Shown here one piece after another: positions 36,027-36,374 of a stretch of DNA of 36,374 bases. The DNA is taken from NCBI GenBank assembly GCA_938023835.1, contig CALJDF010000145.1, positions 1 to 36,374 of the forward strand, in the 5' to 3' direction. The notes under the pieces are model-generated. The model ran no database searches. It saw only the letters and a list, made by a program, of their open reading frames with translations, and was not told the origin of the DNA. A program made the position numbers and the translations under genes. This stretch comes from an uncultured Alphaproteobacteria bacterium. GTDB taxonomy: Bacteria; Pseudomonadota; Alphaproteobacteria; SHVP01. Within the stretch, counting starts at the first letter, position 1; every line of letters begins with the position of its first letter.

Positions 36027-36374
36027 ATGAGAAAAATCCTTGTCCTCGTCCCCTTTCCGATGACGCCCGAGGAACTGGCCAATCGTCAGGCCCAGTCCAA
36101 AGCGGTCAAACTCTCGCCCGATATCGAGATCGACTACCGCCCGGTTCGCGCCGCGCCGCGTACCTATACGAGCCAGCAAGATTACGTGCTGGCCGACATG
36201 TCTTTGCTTGAGGCGGGCCGCTCGGCCCAGGAAGACGGCTATGGCGCGGTATGCATCGACACGGTGAGCGACTCCGGCGTGTCAGCGCTGCGGTCGGTCC
36301 TCGACATTCCGGTCATTGGCCCGGGCCGCACCATGTCCACGACCGCGCTGATGCTGGGCGACCGTTTCTCGATG
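36027..36374 (+). CDS. Asp/Glu/hydantoin racemase family protein, 5' part only
   Basis: Not in the ORF track. Manual translation gives MRKILVLVPFP...AQEDGYGAVCIDTVSDSGVSALRSVLDIPVIGPG..., open to the window end; RBS AGGAG. Confidence 0.85.
   Translation, partial: MRKILVLVPFPMTPEELANRQAQSKAVKLSPDIEIDYRPVRAAPRTYTSQQDYVLADMSLLEAGRSAQEDGYGAVCIDTVSDSGVSALRSVLDIPVIGPGRTMSTTALMLGDRFSM

Noticed and set aside
1-36374. CRISPR arrays, IS elements, integrases, tRNA/rRNA and defence systems
   Set aside because: No regularly spaced repeats, transposase or recombinase motifs, or RNA gene signatures were seen by eye.

Overview
GC-rich, gene-dense chromosomal window that looks alphaproteobacterial; the taxonomy is inferred from gene families and from LiuR-like and CtrA-like boxes. 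I found no rRNA, tRNA, CRISPR array or mobile element. Six blocks run left to right. (1) The 5' end of a type I secretion ABC transporter. (2) A lipid/acyl-CoA catabolic region: haloalkane dehalogenase, PaaI thioesterase, SCP2 protein, AtuE-like hydratase, and a LiuR/MerR-led operon with two acyl-CoA dehydrogenases, a thiolase and FadN. The LiuR gene has a perfect operator on what looks like a leaderless promoter. (3) A two-gene unit: a TPR/beta-barrel Slam-like (type XI secretion) outer-membrane protein and a 923-aa exported FecR-domain protein with a TbpB-like C-terminal barrel. (4) A sulfur/redox block: soeABC divergent from tauE and a TIGR02186-like gene, then tusA, a TlpA-like gene and a DsbD/ScsB-like gene. 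(5) A GAF/HD-GYP phosphodiesterase and a small YjfB-like gene with a terminator and a CtrA-like box. (6) An unassigned divergent catabolic cluster. One arm has an amidohydrolase, two tandem cysteine hydrolases, a CoA ligase, an FAD oxidase and an MFS transporter; the other has UbiD, a 68-aa zinc-ribbon protein, a GST-fold protein and a racemase-fold protein. Several enzymes in block 6 carry non-canonical catalytic motifs. Blocks 3 and 6 are the best candidates for undescribed systems. All family calls come from recognising motifs by eye; no database search was run.
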